Shown one piece after another: positions 1 through 9,898 of a stretch of DNA of 64,000 nt. The notes under the pieces are model-generated. The model searched no databases. It saw nothing but the letters and a program-made list of their open reading frames with translations, and was not told the origin of the DNA. The stretch comes from an uncultured Actinomycetota bacterium (GTDB lineage: Bacteria > Actinomycetota > Actinomycetes > Actinomycetales > CAWJMD01): contig CAWIED010000001.1 in NCBI GenBank assembly GCA_963835085.1, positions 1,998,474 to 2,062,473 of the forward strand, written 5' to 3'. How positions within the stretch are numbered: the first letter of the stretch is position 1; each line of letters starts with the position of its first letter. The translations under genes and the position numbers were made by a program.

Positions 1-524
1 TGGCGCGCCTCGGCTGCGCTCATCAGCGTGGGCCGCCCGACGGTCTGGCGGAACATCACCCAGCGTGCCACGGCACTGCGAGCAATCGGACGCAGAATCG
101 GGCCGCCGCAACGCGCGACGGCGCGCAGCACGGTGAGGCTGATCCGGCAGTAGACCGGCGTGTGATCACGCCACAGACCGGCCGGGGAGAAGAGCGTGAT
201 CGAGCTGACCGGGGTGATCGCGGCTAGCTCGAGTGCGACCCAGCCACCGAGGGAGTTGCCCGCGACGTGGGGCGACGCGATCCCGAGGCTGCTCAGGGTC
301 ATGGCGACGACCGCTGCGATGGCCGCGGGGTGGGGCTCCGCATCAGCGGCCAGGGGTGCCGAGTCACCGAATCCCGGTAGGTCGATGGCGACGACATCGA
401 AGCGCTCGGCGAGCAGCGGGATCACCCGATTCCACGCCTGCCGAGACGAGCCGAGGCCGTGTAGCAGCACGAGCGGCTCGCCAGAGCCATTGCGGGTGTA
501 AGCGAGCGTGGACGCAGCCCTCAT
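1..524 (-). CDS. alpha/beta hydrolase (partial; C-terminus lies beyond left window edge)
   Basis: Not in ORF track (no stop inside window). Reverse translation from ATG 524-522 gives MRAASTLAYTRNGSGEPLVLLHGLGSSRQAWNRVIPLLAERFDVVAIDLPGFG and later a GNSLGG nucleophile elbow (G-x-S-x-G). ATGA stop/start overlap with the upstream sigma gene. Confidence 0.8.
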   Translation of the reverse strand, partial: MRAASTLAYTRNGSGEPLVLLHGLGSSRQAWNRVIPLLAERFDVVAIDLPGFGDSAPLAADAEPHPAAIAAVVAMTLSSLGIASPHVAGNSLGGWVALELAAITPVSSITLFSPAGLWRDHTPVYCRISLTVLRAVARCGGPILRPIARSAVARWVMFRQTVGRPTLMSAAEAR

Positions 525-1432
525 TTCTGGCCGCCAGAGGACAGGCTCGGCGCAAGGACCCGACGCAGCTTCTCCGGATTGACCACGAAGTCGATCTCGG
601 TGATGCGCCGGTCGGCGACGGTGAACCCCATGACTCCGACGACGCCGTCGGCACTCTCGAAGACCAGACCGGCTGCGCCGTTAACCCGGCAGGTCCAGGG
701 GAACGCCGCGTGCTTCGAGGCAACGCCGAGCAGCAGGCGGGCGACCTTGTCGGCACCGATGACCGGCTGGCGGGCGACCCCGGGCACCAATCCCCCGCCG
801 TCGGAGCGAAGGACGACGTCCGGCGCGAGAACCCCGACGAGGGCCTGCACGCGGCCGTCCGCGCAGGCCGTGAGGAATGCGTCGACTGCCGCGGACTGCT
901 GGGCGGCGTCGACGGTGAAGCGGGGCGACCGCTCGCGGACGTGGGCCCGGGCGCGGCTCACGAGCTGTCGGCAGGCGGGCTCGGAACGGCCGACGGTGTC
1001 GGCGATCTCGTCGTAGGGCAGGCCCAGTACGTCGTGCAGCACCAGTGCGGTCCGCTCGGCCGGGCTCAGCGACTCGAGCAGCACGAGCATGGCCATGCTC
1101 ACGGACTCGTCGAGCATGACGCGATCCTCGGGGGTCATCGGCCCGACGCCTAGGTCGACCCCTACGACAGGCTCGGGCAGCCAGGGGCCGACGTAGTGCT
1201 CGCGCCGGTTTCGCGCCGAGCCGATGTGGTCAAGGCAGATCCGGGCGAGCGCGGTCGTCAACCAACCGCGCGCCTCCCGGATCTCGGAGGTATCGACGCG
1301 CTGGAAGCGCAAATAGGTTTCTTGGACGGCGTCTTCAGCGTCGGCGAAGGTGCCGAGCATGCGGTACGCCACCGCGGTCAGGTAGCCGCGATGCCTCTCG
1401 AACTCGCGCGCCACATCGTCTGCGGAGATCAT
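521..1432 (-). CDS. ECF-type sigma-70 factor, SigJ-like, with SnoaL-like C-terminal extension
   Basis: 303-aa ORF. Region 2-like DAEDAVQETYLRF, region 4 HTH-like PAERTALVLHDVLGLPYDEIADTVGRSEPACRQLVSRAR, then ~120-aa C-terminal domain as in the SigJ/ECF41 group. Confidence 0.85.
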   Translation of the reverse strand: MISADDVAREFERHRGYLTAVAYRMLGTFADAEDAVQETYLRFQRVDTSEIREARGWLTTALARICLDHIGSARNRREHYVGPWLPEPVVGVDLGVGPMTPEDRVMLDESVSMAMLVLLESLSPAERTALVLHDVLGLPYDEIADTVGRSEPACRQLVSRARAHVRERSPRFTVDAAQQSAAVDAFLTACADGRVQALVGVLAPDVVLRSDGGGLVPGVARQPVIGADKVARLLLGVASKHAAFPWTCRVNGAAGLVFESADGVVGVMGFTVADRRITEIDFVVNPEKLRRVLAPSLSSGGQK

Positions 1433-1572
1433 TTTCCGGCCCTTCTCAACGGGATTATGACCTAGGACGACGCGGTCCGCCCATTTGTGACAGGCAAATT
1501 ATCGCGGCCCGAATACCCGTTTTGCCGTGCCTTGCCGACGCACTGCCTGAGCAGAGTCATGGCGGGTGGCGC

Positions 1573-2010
1573 TCAGCGTCCAGCGTATCCCGCGAGCCCC
1601 TGGGCGCACTCCTGGAGGAACGTCTCGATCCTGCGGTGCAGCAGAGCGCCGGTGCCCGGCCACCGCGGGACGAACCCGGCGAGCCACACGATCGTCGTCC
1701 CCCCGTCGGACATCGGCGTCAGCGTCACCGCCGCTGTGTAGTCGCGCACGGGCAGGCCCTTGACGTGCGCATACCCGAGCACACGATCGGGAACCAGCTC
1801 GGTGATCCGATCCCAACCACGTGTCCTGCCGCGACGATTCATCCGCACTGTGCCGACCTGCTCCTCGCCGTTGGCGCCGAGCCCTTCGGACACGCACTCA
1901 TCCAGCGGCGACCAGGCGACCCAGCACGGGCCATCGGCGAGAAGCCTGTAGAGAGCTGCCGGGGACGCGGCGGACTCCGCGACGACTCGGACCTGCTGAC
2001 GCTTGCTCAC
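1573..2010 (-). CDS. SRPBCC family protein (polyketide cyclase/dehydrase-like fold)
   Basis: 145-aa ORF with GTG start; composition and length typical of SRPBCC ligand-binding proteins; GTGA overlap with the upstream reading frame. Confidence 0.7.
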   Translation of the reverse strand: MSKRQQVRVVAESAASPAALYRLLADGPCWVAWSPLDECVSEGLGANGEEQVGTVRMNRRGRTRGWDRITELVPDRVLGYAHVKGLPVRDYTAAVTLTPMSDGGTTIVWLAGFVPRWPGTGALLHRRIETFLQECAQGLAGYAGR

Positions 2011-2710
2011 GCTGCCACCTCGGCCTTCGGGCCCTTCGGCCAGCGATACGCGCCCGGTGTGCTGCTCTCTTTCATGGGGACGTCGATCGCCATGGTGCAG
2101 ACCATATTCTTGATCGCGGCCCCCGCGCGCCCGCCGATGTGCATGGGTCGAGGAGTGTCGTCCGCCCTGACGACCTGGATCGGAAGACCGCTCACCGCCG
2201 CGAGTTCAGGTACCTCGAACGACGCCGCGAGGAGGCACACGTCGAACGCGTGCCGATCACTGCTGCCGAGGCGGACCCGCCGGCTTCGATCTCCACGACG
2301 GGTGCGTTCTCCACGACGTGAACTACCCCCGGGATCGAAGCGGCGGCCCTGCTGCCGACGGCATACACGAGGTAGTCGTAGCCGAGGTCGACTTCCCGGC
2401 CGGCTGTCGAGACCCGGACGGTACGTGTGCAGTGGTCGATGTGTGTCGCGGTACCGGTGACCAATGCCGCGTCGGGATGCAGGACGTCCGTGAGCGGAAT
2501 GGTGACGCAGGCACGGGAGCCCGCGACCAGTTGGTGCAAGCGGATCCGTTCGACGAATCCGGCTTGCGGGTTGACCATGCTCAGCTCGACGCGGCTGCGC
2601 TCATCGTCGGACAGGGATCCGAGAAATCGGTTGGTCGCAATGACGCCGGCATAGCCGCCGCCGAGAATCACCACGCGAATGGTCGAGTCGGTCGTGTCGT
2701 GGGTGCTCAT
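2007..2710 (-). pseudogene. NDH-2-like FAD/NAD(P)-dependent oxidoreductase remnant (frameshift plus internal deletion)
   Basis: ATG at 2710 gives MSTHDTTDSTIRVVILGGGYAGVIATNRF (GxGxxG Rossmann) through YDYLVYAVGS, then the frame degenerates. A second frame (2240-2007) gives a family-like C-terminal tail FEVPELAAVSGL...RADDTPRPMHIGGRAGAAIKNMVC. Total ~235 codons, so the middle of the protein is missing. Confidence 0.6.
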
Positions 2711-2916
2711 GTCTCGCCGTCCTCTCGGTCGTCTCCGGTCGGCTCCACGACGACGCAGACCGCGAGAGTGTGACAGAGCCACCGGCCCGATCCGGCCGTC
2801 GGCCGCTGAGCTGACCCTCGCCGAACCTGGCCCGAACCGACGTTCTCCTTCGACGTGTGCAGAGTTGACGCGCCGATCGGATACCTGCCGCATAACTCCC
2901 GGAGACGATCTGCTAT

Positions 2917-3858
2917 TCACACGCGATCGTCGGATTGGCCGCTGTTCAGCGCGAGCGGCTCCATTGGCTGCTGTTGTCGCCACGCTCCGGGCGGAATGCC
3001 GTGATGCCGGCGGAAGGCGGCCGCGAAGGCGTATGGCGAGCTGTATCCGACCTTTGCGGCAATGCTGGTGAGGTCGAGTTCGCCGGCACGCAGCTGGTCT
3101 CGGGCCAGAGCCATTCGCCATTCCGTGAGGTACTGCAGCGGAGCCTGTCCGAGCACGTCCCGAAAGACTCGCGCGAATGCGGCCCGGGACAGACCACTGA
3201 TCGCGGCGAGTTCGGGAACCGTCCACGGATGGCTGGCGTCTTCATGCATCGCCTGCAACGTGGCACGCAGCCGCGGGTCTGCAGACGCCCGATACCACCG
3301 GGGCGCCGTGGCGCTTCGCCGGAAGTCGCTGCGGAGGGCGAGGACGAGCAGCACATCCAGCAGGCGATCCAGCACAGCCTGTTGACCAGGCTCCGCGATC
3401 GTAAGCTCCCGAGACAGCAGCGTGATCACATCTCGCAGCGGCTCGTCGAGTGCAGAAGACAGCGTCAGCACAGGTGGTAGCGCATCGAGCAGCCCACCCC
3501 CGACGTCGCCCGAGAACTGGTAGGCGCCACAGAGGAAGACCGTCGCGGAGTGGTCGGCCACTGGAGGTTGTCGCGAGTACCACAGCCGAAAATCGTCGGG
3601 CTCCAAGCAGTCAGCCCTCGGCTCGTGCGCGATGTAGTGCGCCCGCCCGCCGCGCACGAGGGTGACCTCCCCCGGCAGGAGTTCCACCGCGCTCGCCGGG
3701 TCGTCGAACCATAACCACGCCCTGCCTCGGGTGACCGCATGCACCGCCAGTTGGATGGAGCCACCGAGCTTCAGTCCCCATGGCGGCAGGACGACGGTGC
3801 GGGCGAACACCGCACCCGTCGCGCGGGCACGCGTGAGGTGGTCGTACAGCAGGTCCAC
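2917..3858 (-). CDS. AraC family transcriptional regulator with N-terminal cupin-type domain
   Basis: 313-aa ORF. C-terminal double HTH: WTVPELAAISGLSRAAFARVFRDVLGQAPLQYLTEWRMALARDQL...IAAKVGYSSPYAFAAAFRRHHGIPPGAWR. Confidence 0.85.
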   Translation of the reverse strand: MDLLYDHLTRARATGAVFARTVVLPPWGLKLGGSIQLAVHAVTRGRAWLWFDDPASAVELLPGEVTLVRGGRAHYIAHEPRADCLEPDDFRLWYSRQPPVADHSATVFLCGAYQFSGDVGGGLLDALPPVLTLSSALDEPLRDVITLLSRELTIAEPGQQAVLDRLLDVLLVLALRSDFRRSATAPRWYRASADPRLRATLQAMHEDASHPWTVPELAAISGLSRAAFARVFRDVLGQAPLQYLTEWRMALARDQLRAGELDLTSIAAKVGYSSPYAFAAAFRRHHGIPPGAWRQQQPMEPLALNSGQSDDRV

Positions 3859-3971
3859 TGAATCAAGCTAGGCAGAACGCACCATCGGGTCAATGATTTG
3901 AGAGGATCGAACAGCGAATTGCGCGTTTGACACATTGATTCGATCATTCGGCTGACGAAATACTTCGACTC

Positions 3972-4823
3972 ATGACCCGCACCCCACCCACCGCGCTCAT
4001 TCTCGGCGGCAGCGGCCGGACGGGCTCACGCGTCGCCCAGCACTTGGCCGACCACGGAGCACGCGCCCGCACCGCATCCCGGCACACCAGTGACGTGCTC
4101 TTCGACTGGGACGATTCCAGCACGTATCCGGCTGCGCTCGAGGCGGTTGACCGCGTCTACCTCGTGACTCCCGTGATGCGCGTGAGATATGCCGAGCAGG
4201 TCGCCGCCTTTCTCGACCAGGCTGAGGCCATCGGCGTGCGGCACGTCACGCTGCTGAGCACCTACAACGGCAACCTGGCGCCACGTGAAATCGATATCGC
4301 GGCCGTCGAGACGGATCTGGCAAGCAGGGCAGCGTTCACGCATTCCATCCTGCGCCCCGCCTGGGTGATGCAGAACTTCGCCGACAATCATCTCCCGATC
4401 ATCGATGGAACACTCGCCGTCCCCAGCGGCGGCCGTGCTGAGGCCTTCGTCGACGCTGCCGACATCGCCGCGGTCGCGGCGGAGACCCTCCTCCACCCCG
4501 ATACGCATGCGGGCGCGAGTTACGACCTCACCGGTCCGCAAGCCATGACGTTCGACGAGGTCGCCCGGGGCATCGCCGCCGTCAGCGGACGGCCGGTCAC
4601 CTACCAGGACATCGACCAGGAGGTTTGGATCGACGCGGCAGTCGCAGCCGGCGTGCCCGCCGACTACACCCCGATGCTGCGATGGCTCACCGGCGCCGTC
4701 ATCGCCGGCAACGGATCCAGGCCCACCGGCGACATCGCGACCATCATCGACCGGCCGGCAACCAGCTTCGAAGCATTCGCCACGTTCAACACCAGCGCCT
4801 GGACCACCGAGGAGAACCAATGA
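3972..4823 (+). CDS. NmrA-family / NAD(P)H-binding SDR-like protein
   Basis: 283-aa ORF. N-terminal ALILGGSGRTGSRVAQHL dinucleotide-binding motif. Divergent from the AraC gene. Confidence 0.85.
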   Translation: MTRTPPTALILGGSGRTGSRVAQHLADHGARARTASRHTSDVLFDWDDSSTYPAALEAVDRVYLVTPVMRVRYAEQVAAFLDQAEAIGVRHVTLLSTYNGNLAPREIDIAAVETDLASRAAFTHSILRPAWVMQNFADNHLPIIDGTLAVPSGGRAEAFVDAADIAAVAAETLLHPDTHAGASYDLTGPQAMTFDEVARGIAAVSGRPVTYQDIDQEVWIDAAVAAGVPADYTPMLRWLTGAVIAGNGSRPTGDIATIIDRPATSFEAFATFNTSAWTTEENQ

Positions 4824-5266
4824 CCACGTATATAGACGCGAAGTCGAACTTCGGCGCCGACGGGCCCTTCTTCCGCCTCATCCGCGAAGGGCTGGACGGT
4901 CTCGCGGACGGAGAGGACTACTTCGACCTGCTCGTCGACGATGTGGTCTTCGAGTTCGTCATCTCGGTGCCCGGCTATCCCCGAAACGTCCAAGGGCGAC
5001 AGAACATCATCGATCTGTACCGCAACTACGACGACTACATGACGGTCCGCACCGCTGACAATCTTCGCGTCTACCGGGATCGAGAAGCGTCGGTGGTCGT
5101 TCTGGAGTACGAGGTACACGGCGAATCGGTGATGACCGGCCGACCGTATGACAACCGCTTCGTCTCCATCATCACCTGCAAAGACAACAAGGTGACGCAC
5201 TGGCGCGACTACCTCGACCCAATCGCCGTGTTCGACGCCGCGGGCTGGCCAGACACTCCCGCTTGA
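4820..5266 (+). CDS. SnoaL-like / NTF2-fold protein
   Basis: ATG at 4820 (ATGA overlap with the NmrA stop). 148 aa: MTTYIDAKSNFGADGPFFRLIREGL...NRFVSIITCKDNKVTHWRDYLDPIAVF, typical of the SnoaL/PhzA-B fold. Confidence 0.75.
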   Translation: MTTYIDAKSNFGADGPFFRLIREGLDGLADGEDYFDLLVDDVVFEFVISVPGYPRNVQGRQNIIDLYRNYDDYMTVRTADNLRVYRDREASVVVLEYEVHGESVMTGRPYDNRFVSIITCKDNKVTHWRDYLDPIAVFDAAGWPDTPA

Positions 5267-5392
5267 GAGCCATCGCCAGTGGAGGCGCACAACGCTCGCC
5301 CAGATCCTTCTAGCTCTGGCACACTGCCTAGGCGGCGACCGGGGAAGATTGCGTACCGACCCGAGACCTTCCTCGGCGCGAGCAGAGCTGAC

Positions 5393-5750
5393 ATGATCGC
5401 GGCCCGCCAGCTGCGAGCCGCCTCGACGTTCGCCGCCGCACTTCAGGCAGCCCTGGCGACCCCGGTGACGATCGGCCCGACCGTCCGTCCGGTGCTGTTC
5501 CTGCCCATGCGCGCCCGGCGGCACGACGTCGAGCGGATCGCTGACATCGCCTACGGCGATGCCGGTGTCGCGAACACCCTCGACCTTTACCGGGGTCGCG
5601 ACCGTGTGCCAGGCCGCCCGGTCCTGATTCACCTGCACGGCGGTGGCTTCCACAGCGGCCGGAAGAACCACGAGGGGCTTCCGCTCATCTACGGCCTGGC
5701 CCGTCGCGGCTGGTTGTGCATCAGCGCCAACTACCGGCTCCGGACGATGG
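5393..5750 (+). pseudogene. esterase/lipase (alpha/beta hydrolase fold-3) fragment
   Basis: DIAYGDAGVANTLDLYRGRDRVPGRPVLIHLHGGGFHSGRKNHEGLPLIYGLARRGWLCISANYRL carries the HGGG oxyanion motif. No GxSxG serine or C-terminal half follows, and similarity ends near 5750. Confidence 0.5.
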
Positions 5751-5808
5751 CGATCCCTGTGATGTGCTGCGCTCGACGCGGGCAGTTGTGTAGCCGGGGG
5801 CTCAACAC

Positions 5809-6600
5809 CTACGCCTGGTCGTTTCGTGCCGGAGGCTGGATCATGACCACATTGGAGATGCCGCCCTGGTTCACGCAGTCCTGGGCGAGGTCGTGAACGT
5901 GCCAGTGGTATTCCGAGTCAGGTTCGATGGCGTTCACGGTGGTCTCGACTGGTGTGTAGTGGTGCAGCGGGTCGTTGCGCCATCGTAGGTGAAGCAGTGG
6001 TAGTCCCTTGTCAGGATCGTGAGCGGTTGCCCGCCGGTCCAGTTGATCCCTACTCGCGCGTCGTACTCGTCGTTGTCGGTCGCTTCCCCGGTAGCGCGGA
6101 TGAGCGCCATGAGGTCCGCGGTGGCTCACTCGATCGCGGAAGACTCGACCTGCCAACCCTCGAAATGCCCGTTGCTGCTCATGCGGTGCCCGCCGACCGC
6201 GGCTGCCGGAGTGACAGAGCCCGTCGTGGTGGATGCTCGCCCAGGCCTCCTTCCACATCGCACGCTCGCCCGTCGCTGTGTTCACGGCGACCCAGCGACG
6301 CAACCCGGGCCTGGGGTTGTGCCTGTCGACATTCTCCAGTGGATGAACGCCCCCGTGTCCTGCGTGGGTCAACGCGAGGCCTTCGGTTTTCGACGGTACG
6401 GCCCGGGCCTCGTCGCGAGTCAGCCGATCCCGGAAGCGGGGGATACGCGGGTGAGCGGCCGCGATCAGCCATGCCCGGTCGTCGGTGTCGCGCCCAGCTG
6501 ATGCGCCTGGGTGTTCCTGGACCGGTCGAGCTCGTCGTCCCGAGCTCCGGCCGCACGAGTCGTCATCGGCATCTGGTCCAGCTCAGCGTGTGCCGATCTG
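5809..6600 (-). pseudogene. multi-frame coding remnant of unknown function
   Basis: Protein-like stretches appear in three minus-strand frames: WLIAAAHPRIPRFRDRLTRDEARA..THAGHGGVHPLENVDRHNPRPG; TADLMALIRATGEATDNDEYDARVGINWTGGQPLTILTRDYHCFTYDG; NDPLHHYTPVETTVNAIEPDSEYHWHVHDLAQDCVNQGG. No single intact ORF and no family recognised. Confidence 0.3.
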
Positions 6601-6687
6601 ATGCGAGCCTCGTTCGGGGGTGCGCCACGCGGCCAGGCGGATCGCACCCGGAGCCGGAGGCTCAGCGAGTTCCACGACCCCCCTCTC

Positions 6688-6725
6688 TGAGATCGGTTGC
6701 TGAGATCGGTTGCAGTAGCGGTTGC
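6688..6725. promoter_or_regulatory. operator-like array A (13-nt period) upstream of eda
   Basis: TGAGATCGGTTGC TGAGATCGGTTGC AGTAGCGGTTGC, about 50 nt upstream of the eda GTG. It is the reverse complement of the GCAAYCGRT arrays at 10357-10395 and 12645-12668. Confidence 0.45.
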
Positions 6726-6773
6726 GAGCGTGCCACTATTTGTCAATCACGATCTCGACCAGAGGGGACACAG

Positions 6774-7421
6774 GTGTTCACCAAGCTTGCGACACTGCGC
6801 ACGATCGACGAGTCAGGCGCTGTGCTGATCGTTCGGCTGCCCGACGCGGACAGCGCGGAGCGCGTCTCGCACGCCGCGATCGAGGGCGGCTTCCGCGCCC
6901 TGGAGATCACGCTCTCCATCCCGGGGGCCGTCGAGCTCATCCGACGGCTGGCCACCCGGTACGCATCGGACGGTGTCGCCGTGGGAGCGGGAACCGTCCT
7001 CGACGGCTACGCCGCGTACGAGTGCATCCGAGCCGGCGCGGCCTTCTTGGTCAGCCCGCAGCTCAACTCCGAGATGATCCGGGTCGCCAACCGCTACCAG
7101 GTGCCGACGATCAGCGGGGCCTTCACCCCGACCGAGATACTCGAGACCGCTGAGGCGGGTGCGGACATCGTCAAGATGTTCCCGACCGAGAACGCGGGTG
7201 TCCCCTACGCCAAGGCCGTGCTCGCGCCGTTGGCGCACGTGCCGATCATGCCCGCCGGTGGTGTGACTGTCGAGAACGTCAAGGAGTGGTTCGTCGCGGG
7301 CGTGGCGGGCGTCGGTGTGGGCAGCGCCGTCACCAAGGCGTGGCAGCCTGACGGCGACTTCACCCGGGTTACCGCCGCCGCCCGCGACTTCCTGATGGCG
7401 GTGCGGGACGCCCGCGGATGA
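6774..7421 (+). CDS. eda: 2-dehydro-3-deoxyphosphogluconate / 4-hydroxy-2-oxoglutarate aldolase (KDPG aldolase family)
   Basis: GTG at 6774 inside the long 5952..7421 ORF. 215 aa: VFTKLATLRTIDESGAVLIVRLP...FRALEITLSIPGAVELIRRL...GAGTVLD...FLVSPQLN...ISGAFTPTEI...GADIVKMFP...MPAGGV, the typical Eda layout. Confidence 0.85.
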   Translation: MFTKLATLRTIDESGAVLIVRLPDADSAERVSHAAIEGGFRALEITLSIPGAVELIRRLATRYASDGVAVGAGTVLDGYAAYECIRAGAAFLVSPQLNSEMIRVANRYQVPTISGAFTPTEILETAEAGADIVKMFPTENAGVPYAKAVLAPLAHVPIMPAGGVTVENVKEWFVAGVAGVGVGSAVTKAWQPDGDFTRVTAAARDFLMAVRDARG

Positions 7422-8032
7422 ACGCGCCGGTCCTGCGCATCGTCATCGGCACGGCGGGCTCCGGCAAGTCGACGATCGCCCAGCGCCTCGCCCGGCAGCA
7501 CGGCGCCGCGTACCTCGACAAGGACGCGATGAGCGCGCGGTTCGTCGAGGCCGCCCTGGCGTCGGCCGGGTACGACCCTGACGACCGTGAGGCCAATCCG
7601 TTCTACCGCGACAGCATCCTGCCCCTCGAGTACGACTCGCTGCTCGACGTCGCGGGGGCCAACCTCCGCCTCGGTTGCCCCGTGGTGGTCGACGCACCCT
7701 TCAGCCCCTACCTGTCCGATCCCGCCTTCATCACCGCGGCCGCGGAGCGCTTCGACTGGCCCCCGATCGACGTGGAGGTGGTACAGGTCCGCGTCTCCCC
7801 GAGGGTTCTTCAGGACCGGTTGCGCAAGCGTGGCCTTGAGCGCGACCGGGTCAAGCTCGCCCATTGGGACGAGTACTGGGCCGTGCACGGCGGGCTGCGG
7901 TGCGCGTGGACCGGCGTACGGCTGTCGGAGATCTCCAACCATGCGCAGGAGGCAGGGACCGCCTCGGACGTGCCGGCCCCTCCGGTTGACTTCGAGCATG
8001 GAGGACGCGGCACGGACGGAGGCACCCGATGA
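7418..8032 (+). CDS. P-loop NTP kinase / AAA-type ATPase (gluconate- or shikimate-kinase-like fold)
   Basis: 204 aa with Walker A GTAGSGKST at the N-terminus. ATGA overlaps with eda upstream and the next gene downstream. Confidence 0.7.
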   Translation: MNAPVLRIVIGTAGSGKSTIAQRLARQHGAAYLDKDAMSARFVEAALASAGYDPDDREANPFYRDSILPLEYDSLLDVAGANLRLGCPVVVDAPFSPYLSDPAFITAAAERFDWPPIDVEVVQVRVSPRVLQDRLRKRGLERDRVKLAHWDEYWAVHGGLRCAWTGVRLSEISNHAQEAGTASDVPAPPVDFEHGGRGTDGGTR

Positions 8033-8859
8033 TCAGCGGAACGACCACACTCGTCGAGCACCTGGGTCGCCCCACGCAAACGTTCAAGTCGTCGCTGATC
8101 TGTAACCCCTGGTTCGAGAAGAACGGCATCGACGCCGTCGTCGTCCCGATGGGGATCAAGGCCGAGGACTACCCGGACTTCTTCCGATCGGTCTTCACTC
8201 TCACCAACATCCGCGGTGCGCTGGTCACCATGCCGCACAAGGTCGCCACCACGGGGCTGGTGGACGAGATCAGCCCGACCGCCGCGATCGCCGGCGCGAC
8301 GAACGCCGTCCTGAGGCAAGAGGACGGATCGCTCCTCGCCGACCAGTTCGACGGCGCCGGCTTCGTCCGCGGCATGCTGTGTAAGGGGTTCAACCCCTCC
8401 GGGAAACGCGCGCTGGTCGGCGGCAACGGCGGGTCGGTTCTCCGATCGTTGCGTCGCTGGCCGGCCTCGGCCTGGCCGAGATCGCCTTGTTCGATCCCAA
8501 CGCGGCTGCCTCTGAAGTGCTCGCCCAGGGCATCGGCGTGCACTACTCGGACATGAAGGTCGTGATGGGGTCGAGGGATCCTGAAGGCTACGACCTGATC
8601 GTGAACGCCACCCCCATCGGGGATGGAGGACGGCGATCCCCTGCCTGCCGCCGTCGATCGCGTCGCTCCCGGTTCGTACGTCGGTGATGTCGTGCTCAAG
8701 GTCGACATCACCCCGTTCCTGCAGACAGCCAGGGACAAGGCTGCACGATCCGAGTCGGCACCGACATGTTGTTCGAGCTGGTTCCCGCCTACTTGGAGTT
8801 CTTCGGCTTCGAAGACGCCACACCCGACGAGCTGCGCGCAGCTGCGCAGCGACCGTGAC
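8029..8859 (+). pseudogene. shikimate/quinate dehydrogenase family gene with three frameshifts
   Basis: Frame 1: MISGTTTLVEHLGRPTQTFKSSLICNPWF...GALVTMPHKVAT...GATNAV. Shift near 8430 to VGSPIVASLAGLGLAEIALFDPNAAASEV...YDLIVNATPIG. Shift near 8625 to MEDGDPLPAAVDRVAPGSYVGDVVLKVDITPFLQTARDK. Shift near 8740 to GCTIRVGTDMLFELVPAYLEFFGFEDATPDELRAAAQRP, stop 8857-8859. Confidence 0.7.
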
Positions 8860-8968
8860 GATCAAGGCTTGCTGAAGGCGTCCGTTGTCAAGGAACTTGT
8901 CAGTAGCTGGCCGGCTTTTGGAAATCCATGAATATGCCTACCAAGTCAATCCCTACTATTGGAGTGCG

Positions 8969-9763
8969 ATGAGAGCTTTGGTCAGTGGTGGAAGTAGCGG
9001 CATAGGCGCGTCTACATGTTTGAGACTCGCAGAGGCGGCTCTTGCTCGGGGCGTGCAGCCGATGATCGCGGTGTGTGGACATACATTGTCCACCAGCCAA
9101 GAGCAAATTGTCCGTTCAATTCAGTCAATGGGAGGCACTGCCATTGCATTGGTGGGCGACCTCAATGATCCCGACGTGCCCAGTCAAATGGTAGGAGCTG
9201 CGGTAGCCGAATTCGGTGGCCTGGATGCATTGGTAGCGAATGCTGGAATCGCTAGCCCTGGCGCAATATGTGACCTGTCCGTGGAGGACTGGGACGGCAT
9301 GTTCTCTGTCAACCTCCGCAGCGCGTGGCTTCTTGCCAAAGCAAGCTACGCGCATTTGAGGCACAGTCGCGGCGCGGCTTGTTTCACCTCTTCGATGTCT
9401 GGTCAGCTACCACATGCCGGGTCAGGTGCATATAGCCCCAGCAAAGCTGCTTTGACGATGCTGGCCCAGACGCTCGCTTTGGAGTGGGCACCCGACGGCA
9501 TTCGTGTAAATGTGGTATCCCCAGGTATGACTCATACATCGATGACCGAAAAGATGTACGTCGACCCCCAGATCAAGAAGGCAAGGGAGGGAATTATTCC
9601 GCTGTCGAGAATCGGAGACCCCATGGATATTGCAAATGTGATTGAATTTCTTGTCAGCCCGTTGGCGGGTTATGTCACCGGGCAAGACATCTGTGTCGAT
9701 GGCGGCTTTTCCAAGTCTATTCTCAGTCATATTCCTGGTCGACCAAGCTCCAACTCCCGGTGA
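8969..9763 (+). CDS. SDR family oxidoreductase (low-GC, likely foreign)
   Basis: ATG at 8969 with GGAG 5 nt upstream. MRALVSGGSSGIGAS (TGxxxGxG-like), NAG motif (LVANAGIASPG), YSPSK catalytic Y-x3-K. First 60 nt are 52% GC by hand count. Confidence 0.85.
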   Translation: MRALVSGGSSGIGASTCLRLAEAALARGVQPMIAVCGHTLSTSQEQIVRSIQSMGGTAIALVGDLNDPDVPSQMVGAAVAEFGGLDALVANAGIASPGAICDLSVEDWDGMFSVNLRSAWLLAKASYAHLRHSRGAACFTSSMSGQLPHAGSGAYSPSKAALTMLAQTLALEWAPDGIRVNVVSPGMTHTSMTEKMYVDPQIKKAREGIIPLSRIGDPMDIANVIEFLVSPLAGYVTGQDICVDGGFSKSILSHIPGRPSSNSR

Positions 9764-9898
9764 GGCTTCGCCTCTGACTCTGATCGTTCGTAGTGATCTT
9801 GCCGGAGCGCGTGCAGCGCACAGAGAATGGTGCGCCCGACCTGGGAGAATAAGGGTGTCTAAGGCCTTGTTCTGCCGTGATCGAGGAGCACTTTTCAG

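Noticed and set aside
5952-7421. 489-aa ORF suggesting a large fusion protein ending in Eda
   Set aside because: Only the last 215 codons (from GTG 6774) look like protein. The upstream 270 codons are Arg/Pro-rich noise crossing the operator-like array and the decayed minus-strand remnant.
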